A DNA stretch of 24,248 nucleotides from IMG/VR virus record IMGVR_UViG_3300025529_000036, positions 1 to 24,248 of that record; one strand, 5' to 3'. Position 1 is the stretch's first letter, and each line of letters opens with the position of its first letter. The stretch is from a virus. Lineage: Duplodnaviria; Caudoviricetes. Shown here one piece after another: positions 1 to 8,023 of this stretch. The notes beneath the pieces are model-generated. The model did no database searches. It saw nothing but the letters and a program-made list of their open reading frames with translations, and was not told the origin of the DNA. The position numbers were made by a program, and so were the translations under genes.

Positions 1-804
1 GGCCAGGTTCGCGCCGGCCAGGTCCGCGCAGGCCAAGCCCGCGCCGTCTAGGTACGCTCCGGCCAGGCTCGCTTCGATCAGGTACGATCGGGCTAGATTC
101 GCCCCGGCCAGGTACGCACCGTTCAGATTCGCTCCGACCAGGTTTACTCCAACCAGGTTCGCGCGGGCCAGGTACGTACTGGCCAGGTTCGCTTCGGTCA
201 GGGTCGCCCCACCCAGGCTCACCCCACTCAGGTTCGCGCGGGCTAGGTCCGCTTCGCTCAGGTTAACGCCGTCTAGATACGCGCCGGCCAAATACGCGCC
301 AGACAGATTCGCACCGGCCAGGTCCGCGCGAGCTAGATTTGCGCGGGCCAGGCCCGCATCGGTGAGATTCGCGCGGGCCAAGTTTGCGCGGGCCAGGATA
401 GCTCTGGCCAGGTTCGCTATGGCCAGGCTCGCCCCACCCAGGTTAGCACCAACCAGGTTCGCCCCAGTTAGATCCGCCCAGGCTAGGCTTGCTCCGGCCA
501 GGTTTGTGTCGTCCAGACTGGCTCCGGTCAGATTCGCGCACTCTAGGTTTGCGTCGGTCAGGTCCGCGCCGTACAGGCGCGCCCCGGCCAGGTTCGCTTC
601 GTCCAGGTTCGCGTGGGCTAGCTTTGCCCCGGCCAAGTTCGCGCCGGTCAGGTCCACGCCGTCTAAGTCCGCCCAGGCCAGGTCCACACCGGCCTTAACG
701 GCAGCCTCAACCGTCAGGCGCATAGTGTTGTTCTCGGCTTCGTGCGCGAACAGCACACGACCACTGCGCCAGCACTTGATTTCGATCTTCGCTTCTTTCT
801 TCAT
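1..804 (-). CDS. Pentapeptide-repeat protein (3' end outside window)
   Basis: Absent from the ORF track. ATG at 804 follows a GGAGG RBS. It reads MKKEAKIEIKCWRSGRVLFAHEAENNTMRLTVEAAVKAG, then about 45 A(N/D)Lxx pentapeptides (GANLA, GADLT, RANLA...), running to the window edge. Confidence 0.93.
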   Translation of the reverse strand, partial: MKKEAKIEIKCWRSGRVLFAHEAENNTMRLTVEAAVKAGVDLAWADLDGVDLTGANLAGAKLAHANLDEANLAGARLYGADLTDANLECANLTGASLDDTNLAGASLAWADLTGANLVGANLGGASLAIANLARAILARANLARANLTDAGLARANLARADLAGANLSGAYLAGAYLDGVNLSEADLARANLSGVSLGGATLTEANLASTYLARANLVGVNLVGANLNGAYLAGANLARSYLIEASLAGAYLDGAGLACADLAGANLA

Positions 805-851
805 TGCCGCCTCCCTCCGTAGCCGGACCATCCGGCCTACTCTCGGCACCA

Positions 852-953
852 ATTGTACGTGCTCCGTACTGCGGTTTTAATTGATTGTTCCGATTGGCTA
901 ACCGAATCCAATTGAGATTTTCGATTACCCAACCAGCACAGAGTCCGTATACT
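852..953. promoter_or_regulatory. Divergent promoter pair sharing a central LysR/OxyR-type box
   Basis: The -10 hexamers are TACAAT (minus, 852-857) and TATACT (plus, 948-953). Between them lies ATTG-N7-CGAT-N16-ATTG-N7-CGAT at 880-925. Confidence 0.6.
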
Positions 954-985
954 GGTGGCCGTCTGCAACAATAACGGAGGGAGAC

Positions 986-1219
986 ATGAGCAACCGGAGA
1001 ACAAGGCGCACTATCGAGCCCATCCCTGCTGATGCCCGCGAGTTTGCGCGCGGCTGGTACGCACTGGCACCGGGCCGTCGCCTCTTTCGCCGCATTCACA
1101 ACCAAGGCACCTGGGAAGGGCGCCGAATCAAGAATTACCGGGGCTGGGCGACTCTGCACTACGAGGGGCGCAGGGTTCAGATCAACCTCGATGATATGGA
1201 GCGCGTGCTGTTCCGCTAG
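986..1219 (+). CDS. Hypothetical basic protein, 77 aa
   Basis: Strong GGAGGGAG RBS before the ATG; first gene after the promoter. Confidence 0.75.
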   Translation: MSNRRTRRTIEPIPADAREFARGWYALAPGRRLFRRIHNQGTWEGRRIKNYRGWATLHYEGRRVQINLDDMERVLFR

Positions 1220-1258
1220 GCACAGCACCGCATCATTTGACACCGACCGGAGGAAACC

Positions 1259-1390
1259 ATGAAGCGCAAAATTGTGAGCGAGCGGGAAGAAACGTGGTGG
1301 GAGGCGGGCTTGGCCTGCATCGCCCTGGTGGCCTGCATCGTCGGCATGTTCGTGCTGTTCGGCATGCTAGAAGCCATCATCCACTGCTAG
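1259..1390 (+). CDS. Small single-pass membrane protein, 43 aa
   Basis: GGAGG RBS; MKRKIVSEREETWWEAGLACIALVACIVGMFVLFGMLEAIIHC. Below the ORF-track length cut-off. Confidence 0.65.
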   Translation: MKRKIVSEREETWWEAGLACIALVACIVGMFVLFGMLEAIIHC

Positions 1391-1412
1391 TCATTATGCC
1401 GAGGATTTGCTT

Positions 1413-1601
1413 ATGGAACAAAGGGTTGTAGAGCCATCGGAGATCCGAGAGGCGCGCGTCAAAGCCGGCCACACCCAAGAGCAAGCCGCCCATACGGTGG
1501 GTGTCGCACGCCGCACATGGCAGGATTGGGAGCGCGGCGTTGCCGCCATGATGCCGGGGCTGTTCGAGCTGTACCTGATCAAGACTGGGCAGCATCCGTA
1601 G
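1413..1601 (+). CDS. Small XRE-family HTH regulator (Aca-like position)
   Basis: EIREARVKAGHTQEQAAHTVGVARRTWQDWERG is an XRE HTH; last gene of a short operon. Confidence 0.85.
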   Translation: MEQRVVEPSEIREARVKAGHTQEQAAHTVGVARRTWQDWERGVAAMMPGLFELYLIKTGQHP

Positions 1602-1609
1602 CTGCGCCT

Positions 1610-1650
1610 TTGACACCCCCCCCCGCCCTTCAGGGCGGGGAGGATGTCAA
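1610..1650. mobile_element. IS200/IS605-family end remnant (collapsed element / PATE-like scar)
   Basis: TTGAC-acccccCCCCGCCCT-tc-AGGGCGGGG-aggat-GTCAA matches the typical subterminal hairpin and TTGAC / GTCAA termini of tnpB-type elements. No tnpA or tnpB is present. Confidence 0.65.
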
Positions 1651-1681
1651 CTCGTACCCCATCGCCTCTATCAGCTTGTCG

Positions 1682-1879
1682 TCACGCATCGCCGCTCTCA
1701 TTCCGCGCATCCACGAACAGCACCGGCCTGCACTCGAAGCCCTGCTCGCGATAGCGTCGCCAGGGCGAGTTGTTGTCGCGCTCGAACAACTTGATGCACT
1801 CGGTGCGAGTACCCGCGAACGTCGAGCTCAGGTAGCCGCTCCATGGCGACCAGATGCACCACCCGTTGCGCTTACGCAT
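1682..1879 (-). CDS. Hypothetical protein, 65 aa
   Basis: MRKRNGWCIWSPWSG...; the ATG overlaps the end of the upstream small ORF. Confidence 0.6.
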   Translation of the reverse strand: MRKRNGWCIWSPWSGYLSSTFAGTRTECIKLFERDNNSPWRRYREQGFECRPVLFVDARNESGDA

Positions 1880-1985
1880 CGCCGCTCTTCTGTGCTGCCG
1901 GCCGGAGTCCTCGGCCAGGGCGGCGAGCAGGTCGCTCGGCGACGCTGTGCACAACGGTCCCGCTGGTATCGATGATATCGGTCAT
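1872..1985 (-). CDS. Small hypothetical ORF, 37 aa (possibly a remnant)
   Basis: AAGGAG RBS then MTDIIDTSGTVVHSVAERPARRPGRGLRPAAQKSGDA. Confidence 0.4.
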   Translation of the reverse strand: MTDIIDTSGTVVHSVAERPARRPGRGLRPAAQKSGDA

Positions 1986-2004
1986 GGCTCAGCTCCTTTG
2001 GTCC

Positions 2005-2496
2005 TCATGCCGATTTCCGCCGAAAATCAAAGTGGCGCCAGACGTGATCCGCAGCCGGGGCCTTGCCACTGCCGCAGCGATTGCCACGCATCAGCGGCGG
2101 CGTCGTCAGCGCCTTCTCCACGCCCCACCGCTTGATGCGGTTGCGTAGCGTCTCCGGGTGCAGGTCAAGCTCGGCCGCCCACTCGTGCAGCATCTGCTTT
2201 CGCCCACCGAACTCGATGCCGTAGTGCTCGCGCTGCCACGCTTGGGCGGCGGCAAGCACAGGGGCGAACTCGCGGCCGGTCGGATAGGCGCCGTTCAGCC
2301 CCTTACGGTCGGTGATGAACTCAACCCCATAGTAGTCGGCTAGCTTCTTGACCGTATGCCATGTCGTGCCGAGCAGGCCGGCGACGAAGCGGCGAGAGTA
2401 CCGCTGTTCCGCGTAGTGGGCCAGAATGTCGCGTATAGACTCGCCTTCCTCGGCCTCGATGCGGGCCACGATGTTCCGCAGCTTGGTGTTCAGCAT
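2005..2496 (-). CDS. Putative DNA-binding protein (HTH-like domains)
   Basis: YSRRFVAGLLGTTWHTVKK and IEFGGRKQMLHEWAAELDLHPETLRNRIKRWG resemble the small HTH modules of phage endonuclease-associated domains. Confidence 0.7.
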   Translation of the reverse strand: MLNTKLRNIVARIEAEEGESIRDILAHYAEQRYSRRFVAGLLGTTWHTVKKLADYYGVEFITDRKGLNGAYPTGREFAPVLAAAQAWQREHYGIEFGGRKQMLHEWAAELDLHPETLRNRIKRWGVEKALTTPPLMRGNRCGSGKAPAADHVWRHFDFRRKSA

Positions 2497-2511
2497 TGCT
2501 CGCGCTCCTGC

Positions 2512-2718
2512 TCATCCTCTCGGGTCATGCCGGCATCCACTGCAATCCCATCCCATCGTTTCCGGGCCGGACTTGCCGCCCTCCGGCGCCGCCCATGCCA
2601 TGCACTCAGTGGTCATCCGAAACGGCACCCAGCGCCACTTGGGCTTGAGCCCGCGGTAGCCGTCCCTCGCCCAAAATCCCTGCTTGAATTCAGGCCTGTT
2701 ATAGCAGTGCGGTTTCAT
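2512..2718 (-). CDS. Hypothetical protein with Cys motifs, 68 aa
   Basis: MKPHCYNRPEF...CSGC; ATGA overlap with the upstream gene. Confidence 0.65.
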   Translation of the reverse strand: MKPHCYNRPEFKQGFWARDGYRGLKPKWRWVPFRMTTECMAWAAPEGGKSGPETMGWDCSGCRHDPRG

Positions 2719-3101
2719 GAGACGCGCTCCCACTCGCCGCGCAGCATGGCGGTGATCGCCCCATAGGGGACGCCGTAGCGGATTGCTGCGGCGTCGATGC
2801 TGACCCGCTTTGCGTGGTCTAGAACGATCTCCCAATCGCGCATCGACAACTCCAGGTTGTAGGTTTTTGGCCGACGATAGCGCTTCTCCTGCGGCCTCAG
2901 CAGCCGCTGCCCACGATCGCCAGCCCGATAGCGCTGGTAAATACACGAAAGCGTCAGGCCCCGCCTCCGTGACGCTTCGGCCAGTGTCACCCGCTCGCCG
3001 TCCAGTTCGATGTAAACCGCGTTGCTGCGCCGGCCTTCGCGGTACGCATCGCGCAGCTTCTTGCTGATCTTCTCGCGCATCATTGCCTTGTTTGCAGACA
3101 T
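2715..3101 (-). CDS. Putative DNA-binding protein
   Basis: VYIELDGERVTLAEASRRRGLTLSCIYQRYRAG is an HTH-like module; the protein is basic. Confidence 0.7.
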   Translation of the reverse strand: MSANKAMMREKISKKLRDAYREGRRSNAVYIELDGERVTLAEASRRRGLTLSCIYQRYRAGDRGQRLLRPQEKRYRRPKTYNLELSMRDWEIVLDHAKRVSIDAAAIRYGVPYGAITAMLRGEWERVS

Positions 3102-3105
3102 GCTC

Positions 3106-3723
3106 TTACCGCCCCGTATGCCCGAAGCCGCCTTCGCCGCGCTCTGTGTCCGGGAGACTCTTGGCCTCGACCGGCTCGAACATCGCCACCGGCTGAATCA
3201 GCAGCTGGGCGATTCGGTCACCTGGGTGGATACGAAAGCTCTCCGGGCCGTGGTTGATGAGCACGGCCTTGATCTCGCCGCGATAGTCGCTGTCGATTAC
3301 TCCGGCGAGCACATCAATTCCGTGCTGCACGGCCAGGCCAGAGCGCGGCCGGATCAAGCCGACGTAGCCATCCGGAATGGCGGCCGCGATGCCGGTGGAT
3401 ACCGGCGACCAGAAGCCAGGCGTCAGCAGGAGGTCGCAATCAGCGTACAGGTCCAGGCCGGCGGCGCCGGCCGTCCCCCGCGTCGGCAGTTTGGCGGTGT
3501 CGGTCAGCCGCTTGATGCACAGCTTGCGCGAACGCTCGCGCTGGCCGAGCTCATAGGCTTCGATGTCGGCCACGCGGTAATACTTGCGCCGGCTGATGCG
3601 CAGCGACGGCGGGATGATACCGGCCTTCTCCCAGTTCGATACCGTGAGCGGCGTCACGCCCCAGCGCTTGGCCAGCTCGTCGGTGGTGAGAAGGTTTGGT
3701 GACTCGATGATATGTCCGCTCAT
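3106..3723 (-). CDS. dut: dUTPase with an N-terminal MerR/Xis-like HTH fusion
   Basis: All five trimeric dUTPase motifs are present (AGLDL, PRSGLA, GVIDSDYRGE, GDRIAQ, RGEGGFGHTG). They are preceded in frame by LLTTDELAKRWGVTPLTVSNWEKAGIIPP...YYRVADI. Confidence 0.92.
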   Translation of the reverse strand: MSGHIIESPNLLTTDELAKRWGVTPLTVSNWEKAGIIPPSLRISRRKYYRVADIEAYELGQRERSRKLCIKRLTDTAKLPTRGTAGAAGLDLYADCDLLLTPGFWSPVSTGIAAAIPDGYVGLIRPRSGLAVQHGIDVLAGVIDSDYRGEIKAVLINHGPESFRIHPGDRIAQLLIQPVAMFEPVEAKSLPDTERGEGGFGHTGR

Positions 3724-3735
3724 GATGACCTCAGC

Positions 3736-3760
3736 AAAAGGGCCGGCGCTGGACCGGCCC
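3736..3760 (-). terminator. Intrinsic terminator after recT
   Basis: GGGCCGG-N7-CCGGCCC followed by TTTT on the minus strand. Confidence 0.55.
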
Positions 3761-3768
3761 GTCAGTGA

Positions 3769-4638
3769 TTAAACCTGCTCCATCTCCAGCTGGTCGGTGC
3801 CTTCCGGCTCGCTCTGTTTGGCCGGTTCGTCACTCACACCAGCCTGCTGGATGATCTGATTGAGCCGCGACGGCCGCTTGGACTTGTCGGGCAGCGCCTT
3901 GGGCTCTGTGTCGTTGTCGGCGCTGAACACCTCCAGCGAGCCGAAGCCCATGGCTTCGTTGTCGTGCTCGATCAGGCGGTCCAGATCCGACGACTTGTGC
4001 GGCAGCTGCTTGTAGATCCGCTTGAGCACGGCCTTGATGGCGAACTGGTCATACCAGTTCGACCAGCCCGGGCCGTCCGGCGCCTTGCTTGCGCGGCGGA
4101 CCTTTTCGATGTCGCGCCGTGGCATGACCTCGCGCTTCACCTCGCCGTTCGCCAGCTTGACGATGGCGTAGGCAGCGATCACCGGGCCGGGGTCATCGGC
4201 CGTCAGGTTGGGCTCATGCTCGATACCGGGGTCATCGCCGCGCTTGAAGCGGAAGTGATCGGCCTCGTACACGGCTGCAGCGTCCACGTAGGTGCAGCCG
4301 GCCTCGTACATCTTGCGCAGCAGGCCGCCCACCATGGGCATGTACTGGGCCATCTTCACCCAGACTTCGCGGCCATTCTGCTTCACCTTGGTGTTGTAGA
4401 TTTGGATGGTCGCTTCCCGGTCGTCCGGCAGCAGGCCATCCTTGGCCGCCTGCATCAGCGCGCCGAACAAGCTGGTCTTATTCGCCTCCAGCAATTCGGG
4501 GCGCATCTGGATGACCGTGATGGCCGTCCGGATGAAGCGATCCGGGTCAATGCCCTTGGGGAGCTGCTTGGCGATCTCGCCACGCATGCTGCCAGTAAGC
4601 TGGCTCCGGAACTCGTTGACTGTGAGCTGTATGGACAT
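3769..4638 (-). CDS. recT: RecT-family single-strand annealing protein
   Basis: LPKGIDPDRFIRTAIT...SLFGALMQAAKDGLLPD...GPGWSNWYDQFAIKAVLKRIYKQLP; adjacent to the exonuclease. Start taken at MSIQL. Confidence 0.92.
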   Translation of the reverse strand: MSIQLTVNEFRSQLTGSMRGEIAKQLPKGIDPDRFIRTAITVIQMRPELLEANKTSLFGALMQAAKDGLLPDDREATIQIYNTKVKQNGREVWVKMAQYMPMVGGLLRKMYEAGCTYVDAAAVYEADHFRFKRGDDPGIEHEPNLTADDPGPVIAAYAIVKLANGEVKREVMPRRDIEKVRRASKAPDGPGWSNWYDQFAIKAVLKRIYKQLPHKSSDLDRLIEHDNEAMGFGSLEVFSADNDTEPKALPDKSKRPSRLNQIIQQAGVSDEPAKQSEPEGTDQLEMEQV

Positions 4639-4672
4639 GGTGCAATCCTGTGCTGTTTGGTGTGGTGTAGTG

Positions 4673-5668
4673 CTATGCGGCAACCGGCTTCTTGGCGCTG
4701 ATGCGTATATCCCGATAGCCCTTGCGGCCGCCAATGTAGGTGCCGACCATCTCCGGCGTCACCAGCTTGCCGGGGTTGTCGGCAATCGCCTTGGCGCTGA
4801 TGGAGAAGTCACCAACCTTTACCTTGGCATGCGGACCGATCAGGGTGAGGATTTCCGCCTTGAGCGCCCGCTTGCGGTCAGCCGCTGCCCGCTCCTCCTT
4901 GCTGGCCTGCTGGTACTCGTCGCAGAGCACGGCAAGATAGGCGTTATCGCTCATGTCAACCTCGGTGCCGTCGTCGTTGCCGTAGAGCTTGCCGATGGCG
5001 CTGGCGTCCTTGAGGAAGTCCGGATCGGGCGCGACGCCCTGGTCCACGCGCTGCCAGAACTCGGCAACCTTCTTGCGCACCGCTTCGGCCACCGCCTCAT
5101 CGCGGATACGCGCGAACGGCTTAGGCGTATTGCCGCCGATTAGCGGGGCGATCACGCACCACTGCAGGCCAGCAACCTCCATCTGATGCTGCGCCTGTAG
5201 CTCGATGTGAAGCGGCGCCTCGATCTCGGTGCCGTCCAGCCAGCCGCGCCGGAACGCCAGCCCATCGACGTTCTTGACCTCCATGATGCCGGGGCCGTGA
5301 ACGCGGAACAGGTCGCGGAAGGTTTCATCACCAGACCAACCCTCGCGCAGCCCGACAATCTTGTAGTCAAAGCTGGAGCCCATGCGCAGCTCGGGGATGC
5401 GCATGTACGTCTTGAACGGTTCGACGATCAGACCAAGGTCTTCGGCGACACCTTCGGCAATAGCGGCCTCCAGCCGCTTACCCCAGCGCATGCGCTCGTT
5501 CTCCTCGATCTCCGAGGACAGCGCGCCGATCTTGCGGTGGTAAAGCTCAAACTCAGTCAGATACGGAGAAGCGCCGAACAGAGCCGCAACCTCGGTGCTG
5601 GTCACATCCTGCCCTCGCATGGCCAACCAGTCTGCTTCGTTGGCCGGAATCAAAGTAACCCGTTCCAT
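4673..5668 (-). CDS. YqaJ / lambda-exonuclease-family recombination nuclease
   Basis: WLAMRGQDVTSTEVAALFGASPY, MRWGKRLE, SSFD, MEVKN and QAQHQM motifs. Confidence 0.92.
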   Translation of the reverse strand: MERVTLIPANEADWLAMRGQDVTSTEVAALFGASPYLTEFELYHRKIGALSSEIEENERMRWGKRLEAAIAEGVAEDLGLIVEPFKTYMRIPELRMGSSFDYKIVGLREGWSGDETFRDLFRVHGPGIMEVKNVDGLAFRRGWLDGTEIEAPLHIELQAQHQMEVAGLQWCVIAPLIGGNTPKPFARIRDEAVAEAVRKKVAEFWQRVDQGVAPDPDFLKDASAIGKLYGNDDGTEVDMSDNAYLAVLCDEYQQASKEERAAADRKRALKAEILTLIGPHAKVKVGDFSISAKAIADNPGKLVTPEMVGTYIGGRKGYRDIRISAKKPVAA

Positions 5669-5700
5669 CCCATCACCTCCATTGCTAGGGGGGTGGTTCT

Positions 5701-5729
5701 ATTATGGGCCCACTGATCCTAAAAGGCAA
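5701..5729 (-). promoter_or_regulatory. Sigma70-type promoter for the recombination operon
   Basis: TTGCCT-N17-CATAAT on the minus strand. Confidence 0.6.
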
Positions 5730-5743
5730 CCAGCTTTAGCTGG

Positions 5744-6334
5744 CTATGGTTTGATCAATAGAACGGGGCTGACGGATTCCAGCGCTGCTCGCTCGCAGGT
5801 GTATGGGCCGGACAGGGCATATTCGCCCTCCACGTAGCCACGGCGGACGGTGGCGAGCACGGCCGGCCCCTTCTTGATCTTGACGTAGCAGAGCTGCCCC
5901 AGCAGGCCAGCGGTCGGCGGCTGTGCGCCTGCCCGGATGAAGAACAGCCAGCCATCCATCCAGGCCAAATGACTGTCAGCCGTGCGCGCCTGGATCGCCT
6001 CGACCGGCCCGTTGATCGAATCAGGCACCGCCACCCGTTCGATGGCGTCACCATTGTTCAGGGTGACGGTGCCATTGCCCCGTAAGGCGCCAATGACATT
6101 GGTTCGTTGTCCGGTCTTGGTGGCGGCGGCGACGCCGGCCGCAGCGGCCACCTGCTCCAGCGACACGCCGAATATCTGGGCGAGCTGAGCCGCCTCGCTG
6201 AGCTGCATGCGCCGGTCGCCGCTGAATGTCAGCGACAGCTGCGAGTGCGTCATATTCATCTTGGCCGCCAACGCCCGTAAAGACAGGCGCTTTTCGGCCA
6301 TCAGGTTCTCGAAGAACTTTCGGTTCACGGCCAT
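5744..6334 (-). CDS. CI-like repressor (XRE HTH plus degenerate S24-like domain)
   Basis: LSLRALAAKMNMTHSQLSLTFSGDRRMQLSEAAQLAQIFGVS; divergent from the replication operon. Start taken at MAVNRK. Confidence 0.85.
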   Translation of the reverse strand: MAVNRKFFENLMAEKRLSLRALAAKMNMTHSQLSLTFSGDRRMQLSEAAQLAQIFGVSLEQVAAAAGVAAATKTGQRTNVIGALRGNGTVTLNNGDAIERVAVPDSINGPVEAIQARTADSHLAWMDGWLFFIRAGAQPPTAGLLGQLCYVKIKKGPAVLATVRRGYVEGEYALSGPYTCERAALESVSPVLLIKP

Positions 6335-6456
6335 CAGGAGTTCCCTCTCCTTCCCAGATAATCCAGGTTGGCTCGGATCGCAAACAGAGAACTTGCATCG
6401 ATGGTTAGATTTTAAGACCATGCGGGCGACATAGGCCCGATTCAACTGGAGGGAGC

Positions 6457-6894
6457 ATGGCAAAGCGTGGCGTCAACAAAGTGATCCTGGTCGGCAACCT
6501 GGGGAAAGATCCGGAAGTGCGGCACATGCCGTCCGGCGGTGCGGTGGCGAACGTTACGCTGGCGACCAGCGAGACTTGGCGCGACAAGCAGACCGGCGAG
6601 ACCCAGGAGCGGACCGAGTGGCATAACGTCGTGTTCTTCAACCGCTTGGCCGAGATTGCCGGCGAGTATCTGCGCAAGGGCTCGAAGGTCTACATCGAAG
6701 GCAGCCTGCGCACCCGGAAGTGGCAGGACAAGAACGGCCAGGACCGCTACACCACGGAGATTGTGGCCACCGAGATGCAGATGCTGGACGGCCGCAGGGA
6801 TGACGCCCAGCAGAACAGCGCGCCGGCTCATGGTGAGAGCCAGTCGCACTCCATGGACGGATTCGACGACGACCTTAACTCGATTCCGTTCTGA
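6457..6894 (+). CDS. ssb: Single-stranded DNA-binding protein
   Basis: [16 protein letters not shown]...TEWHNVV...[11 protein letters not shown], with an acidic tail ending in IPF. Confidence 0.98.
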   Translation: MAKRGVNKVILVGNLGKDPEVRHMPSGGAVANVTLATSETWRDKQTGETQERTEWHNVVFFNRLAEIAGEYLRKGSKVYIEGSLRTRKWQDKNGQDRYTTEIVATEMQMLDGRRDDAQQNSAPAHGESQSHSMDGFDDDLNSIPF

Positions 6895-6956
6895 TGAACT
6901 TGGCTCAAGGATGAACATCTGCGGCATGGACGCTGCTCCAGCTTGGAGCGGCATCA

Positions 6957-7436
6957 GTGAAGAAGTGTTTCAAGTGCGGCGTAGAGAAGCCAAAGAGCGA
7001 GTTCTATAGGCATGCCCGGATGGCGGATGGCCACCTGAACAAGTGCAAGGAGTGCACAAAGTCGGACGTTCGCAAGAACAGAGAGCAAAGACTTGATTAC
7101 TACCGCGAGTACGACAGGGCGCGTTCCAATCTCCCCCATCGAGTCAAGGCGAGGCGGGAATATGCACAGACAGAGGCCGGGCGAGAAGCGCGGGGCCGGG
7201 CCAGGAAGAAGTACTTTGAGCGCAACCCTCAAAAACGAGCGGCGCATGCTGCGCTCAGAAAAGCGATTCGTGACGGTAAGCTCAAGAAGCCGGAGCGTTG
7301 CGAGGAGTGCGGCTCTGCCGGCATCATCCATGGCCACCATGACGACTACGGCAAGCCACTCGATGTGCGCTGGCTATGTCCGCCCTGCCACACGAAATGG
7401 CACAACAAGAACGGCCCTGGCAGGAATGCGGAGTAG
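6957..7436 (+). CDS. Zn-finger / HNH-like endonuclease-related phage protein
   Basis: Several CxxC motifs and HGHHDDYGKPLDVRWLCPPCHTKWH; GTG start. Confidence 0.75.
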   Translation: MKKCFKCGVEKPKSEFYRHARMADGHLNKCKECTKSDVRKNREQRLDYYREYDRARSNLPHRVKARREYAQTEAGREARGRARKKYFERNPQKRAAHAALRKAIRDGKLKKPERCEECGSAGIIHGHHDDYGKPLDVRWLCPPCHTKWHNKNGPGRNAE

Positions 7437-7438
7437 CC

Positions 7439-8023
7439 ATGGCTGAGCGCATCATCGTCCGGCGCCAGGGTAATGCTCTGGTGCCGGTTGATCAGCAAGG
7501 CATCGACGCGCTTCACAAGCTGCCGACCGACCGGGAGATGGCCGCCGATGTGGTGGTGCCACGTAACATCCGGTTCCACCGCAAGGCGTTCGCGCTGTTG
7601 CAGCTAGCGTTTTCTTACTGGGAGCCGGCCAACTTCGTTACCACCGTGGAGAAAACCACGGTCGGGCAGCTCGGCAAGTTCCTCGTCGCCCGTGGCCTGG
7701 AGCGCGAGACGGTGCGCAACCTGTGCGTGGAGTTCCTGCGCCACCTGAACAGCCGACGGCAGACGCTGGAAGCTGAAAAGAGCTTCGAGGCATTCCGCGA
7801 GTTCATCACCGTCGAGGCCGGATACTTCGACGTGGTGCTGACGCCGGCCGGCCCGAAGAAGGTGGCGAAGTCCTGGCGCTTCGCGTCCATGGACGAAACG
7901 ACGTTTTCCAACTTCTACCGCGCGCTGTTCAACGCCTGCTGGCGCTTGGTGCTGTCGCAGCACTTCGACAGCGAGGATGAAGCCGAGGCAGCGGCAGAGC
8001 AATTGCTGACGTTCGACACATGA
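7439..8023 (+). CDS. DUF1367-like nin-region protein
   Basis: PRNIRFHRKAFALLQLAFSYWEP, SFEAFREFITVEAGY and KSWRFASMDE motifs. Confidence 0.8.
   Translation: MAERIIVRRQGNALVPVDQQGIDALHKLPTDREMAADVVVPRNIRFHRKAFALLQLAFSYWEPANFVTTVEKTTVGQLGKFLVARGLERETVRNLCVEFLRHLNSRRQTLEAEKSFEAFREFITVEAGYFDVVLTPAGPKKVAKSWRFASMDETTFSNFYRALFNACWRLVLSQHFDSEDEAEAAAEQLLTFDT

Noticed and set aside
1-700. 15-bp periodicity as a CRISPR array or DGR repeat
   Set aside because: Fully explained by pentapeptide coding; there is no repeat-spacer structure.
362-880. 172-aa plus-strand ORF with RFAPA-like repeats
   Set aside because: Antisense shadow of the pentapeptide-repeat gene; no RBS.
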